The notes under the pieces were generated by a model. That model saw nothing but the letters and a program-made list of their open reading frames with translations, had not been told where the DNA came from and made no database searches. A stretch of DNA of 64,000 nt from Syntrophales bacterium. GTDB taxonomy: Bacteria > Desulfobacterota > Syntrophia > Syntrophales > UBA2210. This document shows, one piece after another, positions 28,283 through 37,158 of the stretch. Every line of letters begins with the position of its first letter. Position 1 is the first letter of the stretch. Where the stretch lies: NCBI GenBank assembly GCA_963665835.2, contig CAXXWJ010000001.1, positions 1,725,032 through 1,789,031 of the forward strand. The letters are read 5' to 3'. Position numbers and translations under genes: made by a program.

Positions 28283-30391
28283 CTACCGGTCTAATTCATT
28301 CCTTACAGCACTGCCGATCTGCTCAAGGACAAAGGGCTTTCGGATATATCCCCCCGCGCCCAGGCTCTGGGCCTCTTTGACGCGACTTGTCTCGGCAAAT
28401 CCGCTGATAATAAGGGCCTTCTGGCCGGGGTGTAATTCCAGAATCTTCCTGTATGTTTCAAGGCCGTCCATATCGGGTTCCATTATCATGTCCAGAAGTA
28501 CAATGTCGGCGCTATGGTCTGACAGATATTCTACCGCCTTCTTCCCGCTTGAGGCGGAGGAAACTACATATCCCAGATTGCAAAGTATTTTGGAGATTAT
28601 CTCCCGCTGCTCCTCCATGTCATCGACGACCAGTACGGTTTCATTGCGTCCACGGTATTGCTCCATGGGCACGTCCACCTTATTCTTTTTTATCCCCTTC
28701 CTGGTTATTGGGAAGTAGATCTTGATGGTGGTCCCCTGTCCCTCGGTGCTTTGTATATCGATATATCCGCTGTGGTCCTTGACCGTGCCCCAGACAACCG
28801 CCATCCCCAGGCCCGTTCCACTTCTGCCCATTACCTTCTTTGTATAGAATGGCTCGAAGACCCGTTTTTTGTCCTCTTCCGTCATCCCCACGCCTTGATC
28901 GGCAACCGTGAGAATCACATATTCCCCATCCTTTACAGTATCATACCCATCTATCGGCACATCGATATACCGGTTTTCTGTTGATACGGTAACCGTTCCC
29001 CCGGAGGGCATCGCCTCCGAGGCGTTTGAGAGCAGATTCATGATTGTTTTGGACAGGTGAACCGGCGAGCCAAGAATGTCAGGAAGGTTCTCTTCTAGGT
29101 GGGCCTCAAACCTGACGTCGGGCTGGAATGCAACCAGCTTCTCGTGTTCGGGCGTATTAAAATGTTCCGATATTATTTCATTCACATTGACTACTTCCTC
29201 TACGGAAACGCCTCTCCTGGCAAGAGTCAGAAGGTCCTGTACAATGGCCGCCGCCTTTTTCCCCGATTTCTGGATGGTAAGGATGGATTTTCTCAGGGGG
29301 CTATTCTGTGGTATCTGCATAAGAAGCAGGTCGGGGTAACTTACCAGGCCTCCCAGTACGTTATTCAGGTCATGGGCCACCCCTCCGGCGAGGGCACCAA
29401 TGGCCTCCATTTTCTGGGCCAGCCTCAGTTCCGCTTCCAGCCTCTTTTTTTCCTCATAGGCCTTGTTTCGCTGGGAGAGATCGCGATTGTAGATGACGTA
29501 GCCGACGAGATTCTCTCCTTCATCGTAGATAGCGCTCCCCTTTTTCCATACAGGGATGACATCTCCGGACTTATTTACAAGTTCCACCTCCACCTCGCCG
29601 AATCCGACCTCCCTCAGGCTGCGCATCATCTTATCAATGACTTTCTGTGCGTCATTTCTGAAGAAGTGCGTGGTATGTCGACCGATCATTTCATGGTGGC
29701 TGAATCCGAGCAGCATCTCCTGTGCCCTGTTGCAGTCTACAATATGGCCACGGGCGTCGAGCACCTCCACTCCGTCAGGTGCTGCCTGGAACAGCATCTT
29801 ATAGCTTTTCTTTTTTCTGATGCTTTTATCGATCTTGCGCATCATGTTGTACAGCTCGCGGCTTTCCAATGCGTTGGAGCTGTTCAGCAAAATAATGGAA
29901 AGCATGGAAAGGGAGGCGTCAGGGATGCAGGCATCACTCTTCAGCAATCCTACAAACATCCCCCTGATCCGCGAGCTGGTCGCCATGACATGGAAGATGA
30001 ACTGACGATCATGGGCTCTTGACGAGACTATGACGGGCCTTTTCTCTCTCAATGCCCAGGCGAAGATTCCGTCCTCAATAAATAGATCGACTTCCTCTTC
30101 TATATAATCTCCGTAATCCACTGGCTCTACCTTGGAAATGACAAATTCATTACTGTTTTCGTCAACCAGGAAGAAGGTTGTGGCCTCTAGAGGTATAAGA
30201 TTGCCTATCCGGGATTCCGTCTCGCTCAGGATAGAGGATAGATCCTGCAACTTGCTTACGCTGGGCTGAAAATCTCCGAGGGAGACTGCCATTTCTAGCG
30301 CATCCAGCGTAAACCGGTTTACGTCTTCCAGATATTGGACACGTTTTTCCAGGTATACTGGGTTTGGAGTTACTATTTCTTTAGTACTCAT
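28283..30391 (-). CDS. Hybrid sensor histidine kinase/response regulator (GAF-like, PAS, HisKA, HATPase_c, REC)
   Basis: H-box GGVAHDLNNVL, N/G boxes (LLSNASEAM, DQGVGM, GTGLGMA), and C-terminal REC (VLVVDD..DIVLLDMIMP). Start set at MSTKEI (30391), overlapping the upstream gene by 11 nt. Confidence 0.88.
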   Translation of the reverse strand: MSTKEIVTPNPVYLEKRVQYLEDVNRFTLDALEMAVSLGDFQPSVSKLQDLSSILSETESRIGNLIPLEATTFFLVDENSNEFVISKVEPVDYGDYIEEEVDLFIEDGIFAWALREKRPVIVSSRAHDRQFIFHVMATSSRIRGMFVGLLKSDACIPDASLSMLSIILLNSSNALESRELYNMMRKIDKSIRKKKSYKMLFQAAPDGVEVLDARGHIVDCNRAQEMLLGFSHHEMIGRHTTHFFRNDAQKVIDKMMRSLREVGFGEVEVELVNKSGDVIPVWKKGSAIYDEGENLVGYVIYNRDLSQRNKAYEEKKRLEAELRLAQKMEAIGALAGGVAHDLNNVLGGLVSYPDLLLMQIPQNSPLRKSILTIQKSGKKAAAIVQDLLTLARRGVSVEEVVNVNEIISEHFNTPEHEKLVAFQPDVRFEAHLEENLPDILGSPVHLSKTIMNLLSNASEAMPSGGTVTVSTENRYIDVPIDGYDTVKDGEYVILTVADQGVGMTEEDKKRVFEPFYTKKVMGRSGTGLGMAVVWGTVKDHSGYIDIQSTEGQGTTIKIYFPITRKGIKKNKVDVPMEQYRGRNETVLVVDDMEEQREIISKILCNLGYVVSSASSGKKAVEYLSDHSADIVLLDMIMEPDMDGLETYRKILELHPGQKALIISGFAETSRVKEAQSLGAGGYIRKPFVLEQIGSAVRNELDR

Positions 30392-31637
30392 CAGAATTCT
30401 CGCATCCGCCAGAACAGAAAAATTCAAATATTTCATTGATTTGGCGATCTGCCTGCCTGATTATCGACTCTAGGGCATTTACCGATATCCCCATTCCCTC
30501 CCAGGCGTAATGATCGAGGGGCGGAACGAATCGCTCGCCGCTGGAACCTATGGCCATGGCATGGGTCATGATATCCGCCATATGCAGGATAGATGGTTCC
30601 AGGGGATAGGGGGCTTCCTGTGGGGTATGATGATACCGGACGGCATGCTCTATCAGGACGGGTAATTTCCATCGCTTCAACAGCATCCCTCCTGTCTCTG
30701 CATGATCAAAACCAAGTTCCTCGCACTCTACCTCACGGACTGCGCTGTCTATGCGTCTCGCTTTTACTATGGCGTAGCGGGCAGGCCGAGGCTCGTAGCT
30801 GTACAGAATGAGGCGACCGATGTCGTGCAGCAGACCGGAGAGGAAGAGGCGTTCGGTGTTCTGTATGCCGTGATAACTGGCTATGATCCTAGCATGTACA
30901 CCACAGCCTATGCTGTGCCTCCAGAATGAATCCATATCCATCATATCAGAGGGGATGTCTCTGAACATCCTGACCACAGAAATGCCGGAAGCCAGCATAC
31001 TCAGCTGTCGGGTGCCGATGATGGCCACCGCCCGTGAAACGCTGTCGATCCTGGAAGGAAATCCGTAGAAAGCGCTGTTGACTATTCTCAAGATACGGGC
31101 CGTTAGAGCTGTGTCTTTACTGATTACTGCGGCTATATCATTTGCAGAACTGGTAGGTTTGGCCATAATCTCATTTATGCGGAAAAGTAGCATCGGAAGC
31201 GTGGGGAGCTCCAGGAGATGGCGCCGAGTTAATCTTTGGAAATCGATTGGATCTATAGACTCTTCCGGCATCTCGCCTGAATCTGGCTTGTCTGTTCTTC
31301 TGCCTGGGCGGCGCTGCATATCAACCGCCTCCTTCAAGGCGGCGATGCGTAAAAGTTCACGGTTGACGGCGTTATCGGTGCCTGCATGTAGGAAACGAGG
31401 GATAATCTGTTTTTCTGCTCTATCGAGTATAAGGGGGTCTGGCTCGGATGGGGGGGGCATGGACTCTTTGACGCTTCCTTTTACATTAGCCTCTATAATT
31501 CCCCACATCTTGAGAACCTTGATGTGTTTTTCGGTCAGGGCCGCCCCGCCGGGCATGAGAAACCGCCCTCTGGCATCTCTGAGGTCTTCGGCCAATGTCA
31601 TTCCGGGGTATATTTGATTAATCTTCACAAGGCCCAT
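30381..31637 (-). CDS. HDOD-domain signalling protein
   Basis: The central and C-terminal part has the HDOD pattern (LPTLPMLLFRINEIM..IAAVISKDTALTARILRIVNSAFYGF..LLHDIG). The N-terminal ~120 aa domain is unassigned. Confidence 0.8.
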   Translation of the reverse strand: MGLVKINQIYPGMTLAEDLRDARGRFLMPGGAALTEKHIKVLKMWGIIEANVKGSVKESMPPPSEPDPLILDRAEKQIIPRFLHAGTDNAVNRELLRIAALKEAVDMQRRPGRRTDKPDSGEMPEESIDPIDFQRLTRRHLLELPTLPMLLFRINEIMAKPTSSANDIAAVISKDTALTARILRIVNSAFYGFPSRIDSVSRAVAIIGTRQLSMLASGISVVRMFRDIPSDMMDMDSFWRHSIGCGVHARIIASYHGIQNTERLFLSGLLHDIGRLILYSYEPRPARYAIVKARRIDSAVREVECEELGFDHAETGGMLLKRWKLPVLIEHAVRYHHTPQEAPYPLEPSILHMADIMTHAMAIGSSGERFVPPLDHYAWEGMGISVNALESIIRQADRQINEIFEFFCSGGCENSDEY

Positions 31638-31869
31638 CGTTTTGCGTTAATCTCCTTACGCTATGCCTTACGAAAAAAACTTGTTCATGATCGCTATTTA
31701 ACATTTGTCTTATCGGCATTTTACCCAGAAGCTTGAGGACATTTTTTCCTCAAGATAAAAAATATGAAGTATATGCAATAAATTACCGATTTTTATGTTG
31801 TTAAAGATTTGTTTTATGCCTTTTATTTAAGGAAGTTCTGCCTTTATGGGCTTTTGTCTCTGCTATGCA

Positions 31870-32219
31870 GTGCAGGCTTCCCCCTATATTCCTGCGGAGA
31901 TTAAAGGGTAGGTCTTTGTCGGTAATGCTTGAAGATGCGGAGCGGTGGTTTTTGCTGAGGCCTCCGGCAGCCCTTTAGGGTGCGCTTTATAATCGCCCGG
32001 CAGGGTGAGTGTTTGCCGCTTCCATGCCGGGCCGCTTGACATAGGACTTCATATATTCAAGCAACTATGAAAGAGGGAGAATAATCCTGGTCTTGTCCAG
32101 TTCTGATTTGTCGTTGATATGAGCATCAAGCATGAAGACCCTTTCTTTTTCATCTTACCTTACAAATAAGCGTTTACCTTGTTGTGGATGTCCAGCCCGA
32201 TATAGTGCAGCCCGTCCAT
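31870..32219 (-). pseudogene. Heavily decayed IS110-family transposase remnant (N-terminal part only)
   Basis: The minus strand reads MDGLHYIGLDIHNKVNAYL*, then shifts frame to DEKERVFMLDAHINDKSELDKTRIILP and further ..RPGMEAANTH... This resembles the IS110 N-terminal pattern (Y.GlDvHk...y.v.d..G.......i.a....L..w; aMEAtg). There are multiple stops and frameshifts. Confidence 0.4.
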
Positions 32220-32350
32220 GGAAACATCCTGGTGGTTTATTCCTGGGCGAGTTCTTCTCCACCCAGCAGCTCATTAAATCATTGTGAACTGCCGGAAGGT
32301 TTCCTGCAATCTGTGTCACTTATGCATTCAAACACTTAGGGGGATGGATC

Positions 32351-32378
32351 CGAAGCGCCTGTATCGCTTCGTTTTTTT
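32351..32378 (+). terminator. Orphan intrinsic terminator-like hairpin
   Basis: Stem CGAAGCG, 7-nt loop, stem CGCTTCG, followed by TTTTTTT. No plus-strand gene lies upstream. Confidence 0.5.
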
Positions 32379-32749
32379 ATCAATACCCCCTTATTCACTT
32401 GTTGACTTTCTATGTAGGTAGGTATAAAAATAACCACTATCTTTGGTGCATTGTTTTTGCTGCCGGCTTTGATTGTTTCCGGGCATGCATTTTATCTTTT
32501 GTTCAATCCACCGTGCGAGTTGAATGAAATGTTAAATGCTGGCTCTATATTTTAGCCCCGCCTCAGCCTATGGGACGAGCCATATGTTTCAATGATACTG
32601 TTGGCTTGGCGTAAATAAGGGACAGAGGGTCTGCGTGGCATGTCTATTGCACACCCAATGAGCAGTTTCAATAAGAGCCATGCTATGAGAAACTTTTGTG
32701 CAGTCGGTACAATAAAATTAGAGGTATAGAAGAGGAAAGGAGAAAGAAG

Positions 32750-33127
32750 ATGTTAAGAAGTACAGTGAAATGGTTTTCAGCTATGTTGATGGTGACGGCG
32801 GGTCTGTTGTTGTCTTCGCCGATGGTTTTTGCATCTGAGGCCCTTCCGGAAGAAGGGGGATCTCTCATAAAGGTTATCTTTGCCGTTGGTGCCATGCTTG
32901 GTTCCGGTCTTGCTATCGGGCTTGGTGCAATTGGGGCTGGTGCCGGTATCGGTAATGCGGCTAATGGTGCTTGTAGCGCGGTTGGAAGGAACCCTGGCGT
33001 TCAGGGTAAAATTATGATGACAATGCTGGTTGGTATGGCCATGGCAGAATCCATCGCTATTTACGCCCTTGTTGTTTCGTTGGTTCTTCTCTATGCAAAC
33101 CCTTACACAAGTTTCCTTTGGGGTTAA
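32750..33127 (+). CDS. atpE: F-type ATP synthase c-subunit-like proteolipid with N-terminal signal-like extension
   Basis: GAGIGNAANGACSAVGRNPG..MAMAESIAIYALVVSLVLLYANP is a c-ring hairpin with the carboxylate Glu. It is preceded by a ~35-aa hydrophobic extension ending in VFASEA. AGGAAAGGAG lies upstream of the ATG at 32750. No other atp genes are adjacent. Confidence 0.8.
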   Translation: MLRSTVKWFSAMLMVTAGLLLSSPMVFASEALPEEGGSLIKVIFAVGAMLGSGLAIGLGAIGAGAGIGNAANGACSAVGRNPGVQGKIMMTMLVGMAMAESIAIYALVVSLVLLYANPYTSFLWG

Positions 33128-33178
33128 TCGGGTCTAAGCAACTAACTTCAAATTTAACAAGAGTTAGGGGGAGAAAAA

Positions 33179-34477
33179 ATGTCAGAAACTAAAAAGGGTA
33201 AGCAGTTTTTTACTGTATCGAGAGTGTTTTTTCTGCTTATCGTAATCCCCTTATTACTGACGGCCTTTTTGATAGCCAATGGTATCTTTCAATTAGGGGA
33301 CACATCGAAGAAGGGGGCGGCGGCTGTTCTTGACAAAAAGGCGCAGGAAGAAATCGTTGCGCGCACCGCTTCCATAGCAGAGAATGTTGCCTCTTTTATG
33401 CAGGGATGTCAAAAGGATGTGCTCGTGGCGACCATTCTGCCGGTAAGCGCCGAAACGTACCAAGAGTTCGTCCTAAATAGCAGGCAGTCTATCTGGGTTA
33501 GAAAAGGTGGGAGGATTGTAAAGTCTCCGGAACTTATGTACACCGAAATGGCCATGGTAGACAAGGCGGGTAATGAGGTTGTCAAGATAGTCAATGGTGA
33601 GATCGCACCTGAATCCAAACTGGTAAATGTAAGCAATCCCGAAAATACGACCTATAAGTCGGAAGTTTACTTTGAAAGAGCAAAAAATCTTGAAAAGGGG
33701 AGGGTTTATATATCGGAGGTCACCGGCTGGTATGTAACGAAGGGCGATTTTAAGAATGGTAAACGGTTCGAAGGCATAATTCGCATTGCAACCCCGCTTT
33801 TCGATAAGCAGGGATTTGCAGGCGTTGTTGTGCTTTCTCTTGATATGCGGCATATAGCCAAGTTTACGGATAATGTCCTGCCGACCGAGTCAATTCAGGT
33901 TCTGGAATCCGATTCGGCGACGGGTAGCTACGCATATATGGTTGATAATAGAGGATATATAGTATCGCATCCTGATGACTTCCATATAGAGGGGCTATAT
34001 CCTGATGGCAAGCCGGTTCCTTACCTTACCAAAGAGAACCAAAAGGATATGGTTCAGAAAGGTGAGGAGGTTCTGAACGCCTTCTATATGGATTTTATGG
34101 AGCCAACCCTTGCCGCGATTGCTACGGATGCATCACAGGGCAATTCGGGGAACAGGGTATACGAATATGGGGGACGTAATAAGTTTGTAGCCTATGCGCC
34201 GATTCCCTTCTATTCAACAAATTATCCCGAACCGGCTGGTTTTGGATGGATTGCAATGGGGTTGGACGTCGACAGGTTTAATGACATGGCCTTTGCTGCA
34301 TCGAAAAAGATAGAGCAGGAGACGCAGGCCTGGTTGACTACGATTGTTGTCATTCTAATAATAGCGGTATTTATCCTCTTCCTGATCTCTGCTATACTTT
34401 CGAAGGGTATCGCCCGTTCGATATCTGCAGAGGTTCCGGAGGGTGCAGTGCCTCACTATTACGATGATGAAGATTGA
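33179..34477 (+). CDS. Cache-like extracytoplasmic sensor-domain membrane protein without output domain
   Basis: A TM helix at each end flanks a ~340-aa periplasmic region with a Cache-like pattern (YISEVTGWYV..IRIATPLFDKQGFAGVVVLSLDMRHI, AYMVDNRGYIVSHPD). The acidic cytoplasmic tail is only ~20 aa. Confidence 0.65.
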   Translation: MSETKKGKQFFTVSRVFFLLIVIPLLLTAFLIANGIFQLGDTSKKGAAAVLDKKAQEEIVARTASIAENVASFMQGCQKDVLVATILPVSAETYQEFVLNSRQSIWVRKGGRIVKSPELMYTEMAMVDKAGNEVVKIVNGEIAPESKLVNVSNPENTTYKSEVYFERAKNLEKGRVYISEVTGWYVTKGDFKNGKRFEGIIRIATPLFDKQGFAGVVVLSLDMRHIAKFTDNVLPTESIQVLESDSATGSYAYMVDNRGYIVSHPDDFHIEGLYPDGKPVPYLTKENQKDMVQKGEEVLNAFYMDFMEPTLAAIATDASQGNSGNRVYEYGGRNKFVAYAPIPFYSTNYPEPAGFGWIAMGLDVDRFNDMAFAASKKIEQETQAWLTTIVVILIIAVFILFLISAILSKGIARSISAEVPEGAVPHYYDDED

Positions 34478-34570
34478 TTCAAAAAGGATAGGCAATACTA
34501 AGAAAAGTTTTTAGCCTTTATTTTAATCTTTTACATAATGGCACCTTTTCTTGGGCGGTTTGATAGCGAA

Positions 34571-34600
34571 GGCCGGGGGTATAAGCTCCCGGCCTTTCTA
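34571..34600 (+). terminator. Putative intrinsic terminator
   Basis: Stem GGCCGGG, 10-nt loop, stem CCCGGCC, followed by TTTCT. Confidence 0.45.
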
Positions 34601-34745
34601 TATTATGTTGCCTCTTTAATATTTACGGCAAAATTCTTGAAGTGTTTCTGTGTGTGTGGTAGTTGTACCGTCTATTGTCCCGATTTTTGGAAAGTATTCC
34701 AAGGCTAAAAGAAAGGATAAAATCAGACGGCCGGGAGGTTGCTCT

Positions 34746-34973
34746 ATGGACGAAAATACGAAGACGTTGGCGGAGGGTGATAAGGTATTCGATCTCGTGG
34801 ATGTGATCGAAGAGGGTCCCGCAAGATTTCTGCCTACCGGTTTATCGGAAAATGATATTGAGGGGATTGTTTCAAAAGTTGCGGAGAAGATTGCCCGGGA
34901 AATGTTTCCTCCTATAGCCGAGAGGATCATACGGGAGGAGATTGCCATATTGAAGGAGAGTGCGGGCAAGTAA
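34746..34973 (+). CDS. Small acidic hypothetical protein (75 aa)
   Basis: Internal Met with GGGAGG upstream. Its stop abuts the start of the next gene. Confidence 0.5.
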   Translation: MDENTKTLAEGDKVFDLVDVIEEGPARFLPTGLSENDIEGIVSKVAEKIAREMFPPIAERIIREEIAILKESAGK

Positions 34974-35696
34974 ATGGTAGGTCAGGATGATATAAGGAAG
35001 TTATTTTTGAAAAAAATGTTCTGTAATATCCTTTCGGCGCTCTTTTTTTTGTTTCTTTTCTATCCCTTGATTGTGTATGGCGCAACGGGGGCTGTCGAGG
35101 TTGTTGAAACCGAGGGAATCTGTTCTGTCTATGGTACGGACACTACGCCTGCTAGGGGTAGTGCGATATCTCTCGCGATGATAAAGGCTGTGAAGCGTAT
35201 TGTCGAGGGGATTGCTTCTGAAGCGGTTGTGAATGAAAACGCCGGTACCCTTGAGAAAAATCTTTATCCAAAGTACAAAGACTATATCCGTGATTACAGG
35301 ATACTGGAGGAAGGGGTTCAGGGTGGAGTTTTCCATGTTAAAATCCGGGCCACCCTTTCCGTGCATGAAATAAGGCGTAATCTTGAGATGTCAGGAATTA
35401 TAACGGATGTCTGGCACCCGCAGGATACGTCTCTGGTTGTAGAGGTAGTATTGAATGGTATTGATGAATACCGCTATTTCAAGGCCTTCATGGATATGCT
35501 GGGAAAAAATGTCCAGGGGGTCGATTCCGTAAGCCTTATTCATATGGGCTCTGGTGTGGCGGTTGCGGAGGTTGAGATGCAGGGAAATGCCTATACGCTT
35601 GCCAACGAGCTACAGTTTAAAAAATTCGAGAAATTTTCGCTTTCTGTGGTTGCGGTTACCGGTGATAAGATAGAACTTAATATGGTAAAGGAGTAA
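34974..35696 (+). CDS. Secreted hypothetical protein
   Basis: N-terminal hydrophobic signal/anchor (ILSALFFLFLFYPLIVYGA). Tightly packed with the flanking genes. Confidence 0.55.
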   Translation: MVGQDDIRKLFLKKMFCNILSALFFLFLFYPLIVYGATGAVEVVETEGICSVYGTDTTPARGSAISLAMIKAVKRIVEGIASEAVVNENAGTLEKNLYPKYKDYIRDYRILEEGVQGGVFHVKIRATLSVHEIRRNLEMSGIITDVWHPQDTSLVVEVVLNGIDEYRYFKAFMDMLGKNVQGVDSVSLIHMGSGVAVAEVEMQGNAYTLANELQFKKFEKFSLSVVAVTGDKIELNMVKE

Positions 35697-35700
35697 GTAA

Positions 35701-36339
35701 TTGATCTATAAGCTAAAGGCAGTTATTGTTCTGTGTCTTGTGACCTTTGTCCTGTCGGGGTGTGCGCACCTGGTTTCCGATGAAGATGCTGCGACCGGTT
35801 ATGCTGACAGGGGAATACGTCTGATAGCGCTGGCGCCTGTTGACAATAAGACAGGAGATGCGCAGGCGGCGGCCATACTTAGGGAGAATCTTCTGGATGC
35901 CCTTTACTCAAAGGGTTACCCAAGAATACCCATAAATATCGTTGACGATAAGCTGGCTGCTGAGTATAGTCGCAGCGAGAAGGAGCCTAAGGACGATGCT
36001 GCCCTTGGGGTTCTTGGGAAAACGCTTGGTGTCGATGCTGTTATGTTTTCCAGCCTTCTTAAATGGGAAACGTCTTACGTGGGTATATATGCTGTCTCAA
36101 GGGTATCCGTATCCTTGGAATTGAAAGATGCAAAGACAGGGAAAAGTCTGTGGAGCTCGGTACAGCGTGTGACCGACAGGCACTATAACATCACAAGAAA
36201 GAGGCTTGAATTGGAGGCCTGTCAATCTTATGAACCTGCAATACTGGAGATTATTGAAAAAGCGTTCGGCAGTTTTCCTAATGGACCTGATTTTGTCGGA
36301 AAAGCATCTCCCGAGGAGGGTTTCTGGAAAATCTGGTAA
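35701..36339 (+). CDS. GNA1162/DUF799-family lipoprotein
   Basis: Lipobox LSGC. APVDNKTGD, GVDAVMFSSLLKWE and VSVSLELKDAKTGKSLW match the DUF799 pattern. TTG start. Confidence 0.7.
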   Translation: MIYKLKAVIVLCLVTFVLSGCAHLVSDEDAATGYADRGIRLIALAPVDNKTGDAQAAAILRENLLDALYSKGYPRIPINIVDDKLAAEYSRSEKEPKDDAALGVLGKTLGVDAVMFSSLLKWETSYVGIYAVSRVSVSLELKDAKTGKSLWSSVQRVTDRHYNITRKRLELEACQSYEPAILEIIEKAFGSFPNGPDFVGKASPEEGFWKIW

Positions 36340-36352
36340 TAGTGTGGAATAA

Positions 36353-36889
36353 ATGAACATTCCGAATCTGCTTACCCTAATTCGGATAATACTGGTTCCG
36401 ATCTTTGTTATCCTTGTGATGCACGCTTCCTTTGTTGCTGCGCTTGCGGTCTTTGTAATTGCAGGTATAACAGACGGTTTGGACGGTTTCCTGGCGAGGA
36501 TCCTGGGACAGCAGACGGTCCTGGGTTCCTATATGGACCCCTTGGCTGACAAGGCATTAATAATATCATCTTTCGTTATTCTCTCGGTCCTCAAGATTAT
36601 CCCGGGATGGCTTGCTGTGGTTGTTATAAGCCGTGATTGCATAATCCTCTTTGGTATATCTGTCCTCTTCTTAATGTCTGTTTCTTTCGAGATTCGACCA
36701 ATCTACATCAGTAAGGCCACAACTGTGTTGCAGCTGATGACCGTATTGTTGGTTCTTATACATAAGTGTCTGCCCGTATATGACAATCACACAATTATAG
36801 TGACATTATTCGGGGTGACGGCCTTTTTTACTGTGGTCTCCGGCTTTTATTACATATTCAAAGGAATCAAATTCATAAATAACTCATAG
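36353..36889 (+). CDS. pgsA: CDP-diacylglycerol--glycerol-3-phosphate 3-phosphatidyltransferase
   Basis: NIPNLLTLIRIILVP and the CDP-alcohol transferase motif DGxxDGxxARxxxxxxxxGxxxDPxxD (ITDGLDGFLARILGQQTVLGSYMDPLAD). Confidence 0.88.
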   Translation: MNIPNLLTLIRIILVPIFVILVMHASFVAALAVFVIAGITDGLDGFLARILGQQTVLGSYMDPLADKALIISSFVILSVLKIIPGWLAVVVISRDCIILFGISVLFLMSVSFEIRPIYISKATTVLQLMTVLLVLIHKCLPVYDNHTIIVTLFGVTAFFTVVSGFYYIFKGIKFINNS

Positions 36890-36957
36890 GTTTTTTGTAT
36901 AATAGTTCTTGACAGGGGAGTGTTTTGTTGTTAGGTAACTTAGCCTTTTCAGGCTAT

Positions 36958-37032
36958 AGGCACGTAGCTCAGGGGGAGAGCATCACCTTGACACGGTGGG
37001 GGTCCAGGGTTCAAATCCCTGCGTGCCTACCA
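36958..37032 (+). tRNA. tRNA-Val (anticodon GAC)
   Basis: Manual cloverleaf. Acceptor AGGCACG/CGTGCCT, D arm GCTC-AGGGGGA-GAGC, anticodon arm TCACC-TTGACAC-GGTGG, variable loop GGGTC, T arm CAGGG-TTCAAAT-CCCTG, then A and an encoded CCA. Confidence 0.92.
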
Positions 37033-37158
37033 TTTTAATACAAGTGCGAGGGCATCGGTAGTTGAGGTGCCCTTTCTTTAGGGGATAGAGGGTAATTCCC
37101 CTCTGATCCTTGGATGGTATTGTTGTATCGCTGACATTTCTGGAGGGTTATACCAGGG

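Noticed and set aside
29099-30022. A 307-aa plus-strand ORF.
   Set aside because: It lies entirely antisense to the hybrid histidine kinase, whose H, N and G boxes are clear. It shows no motifs of its own.
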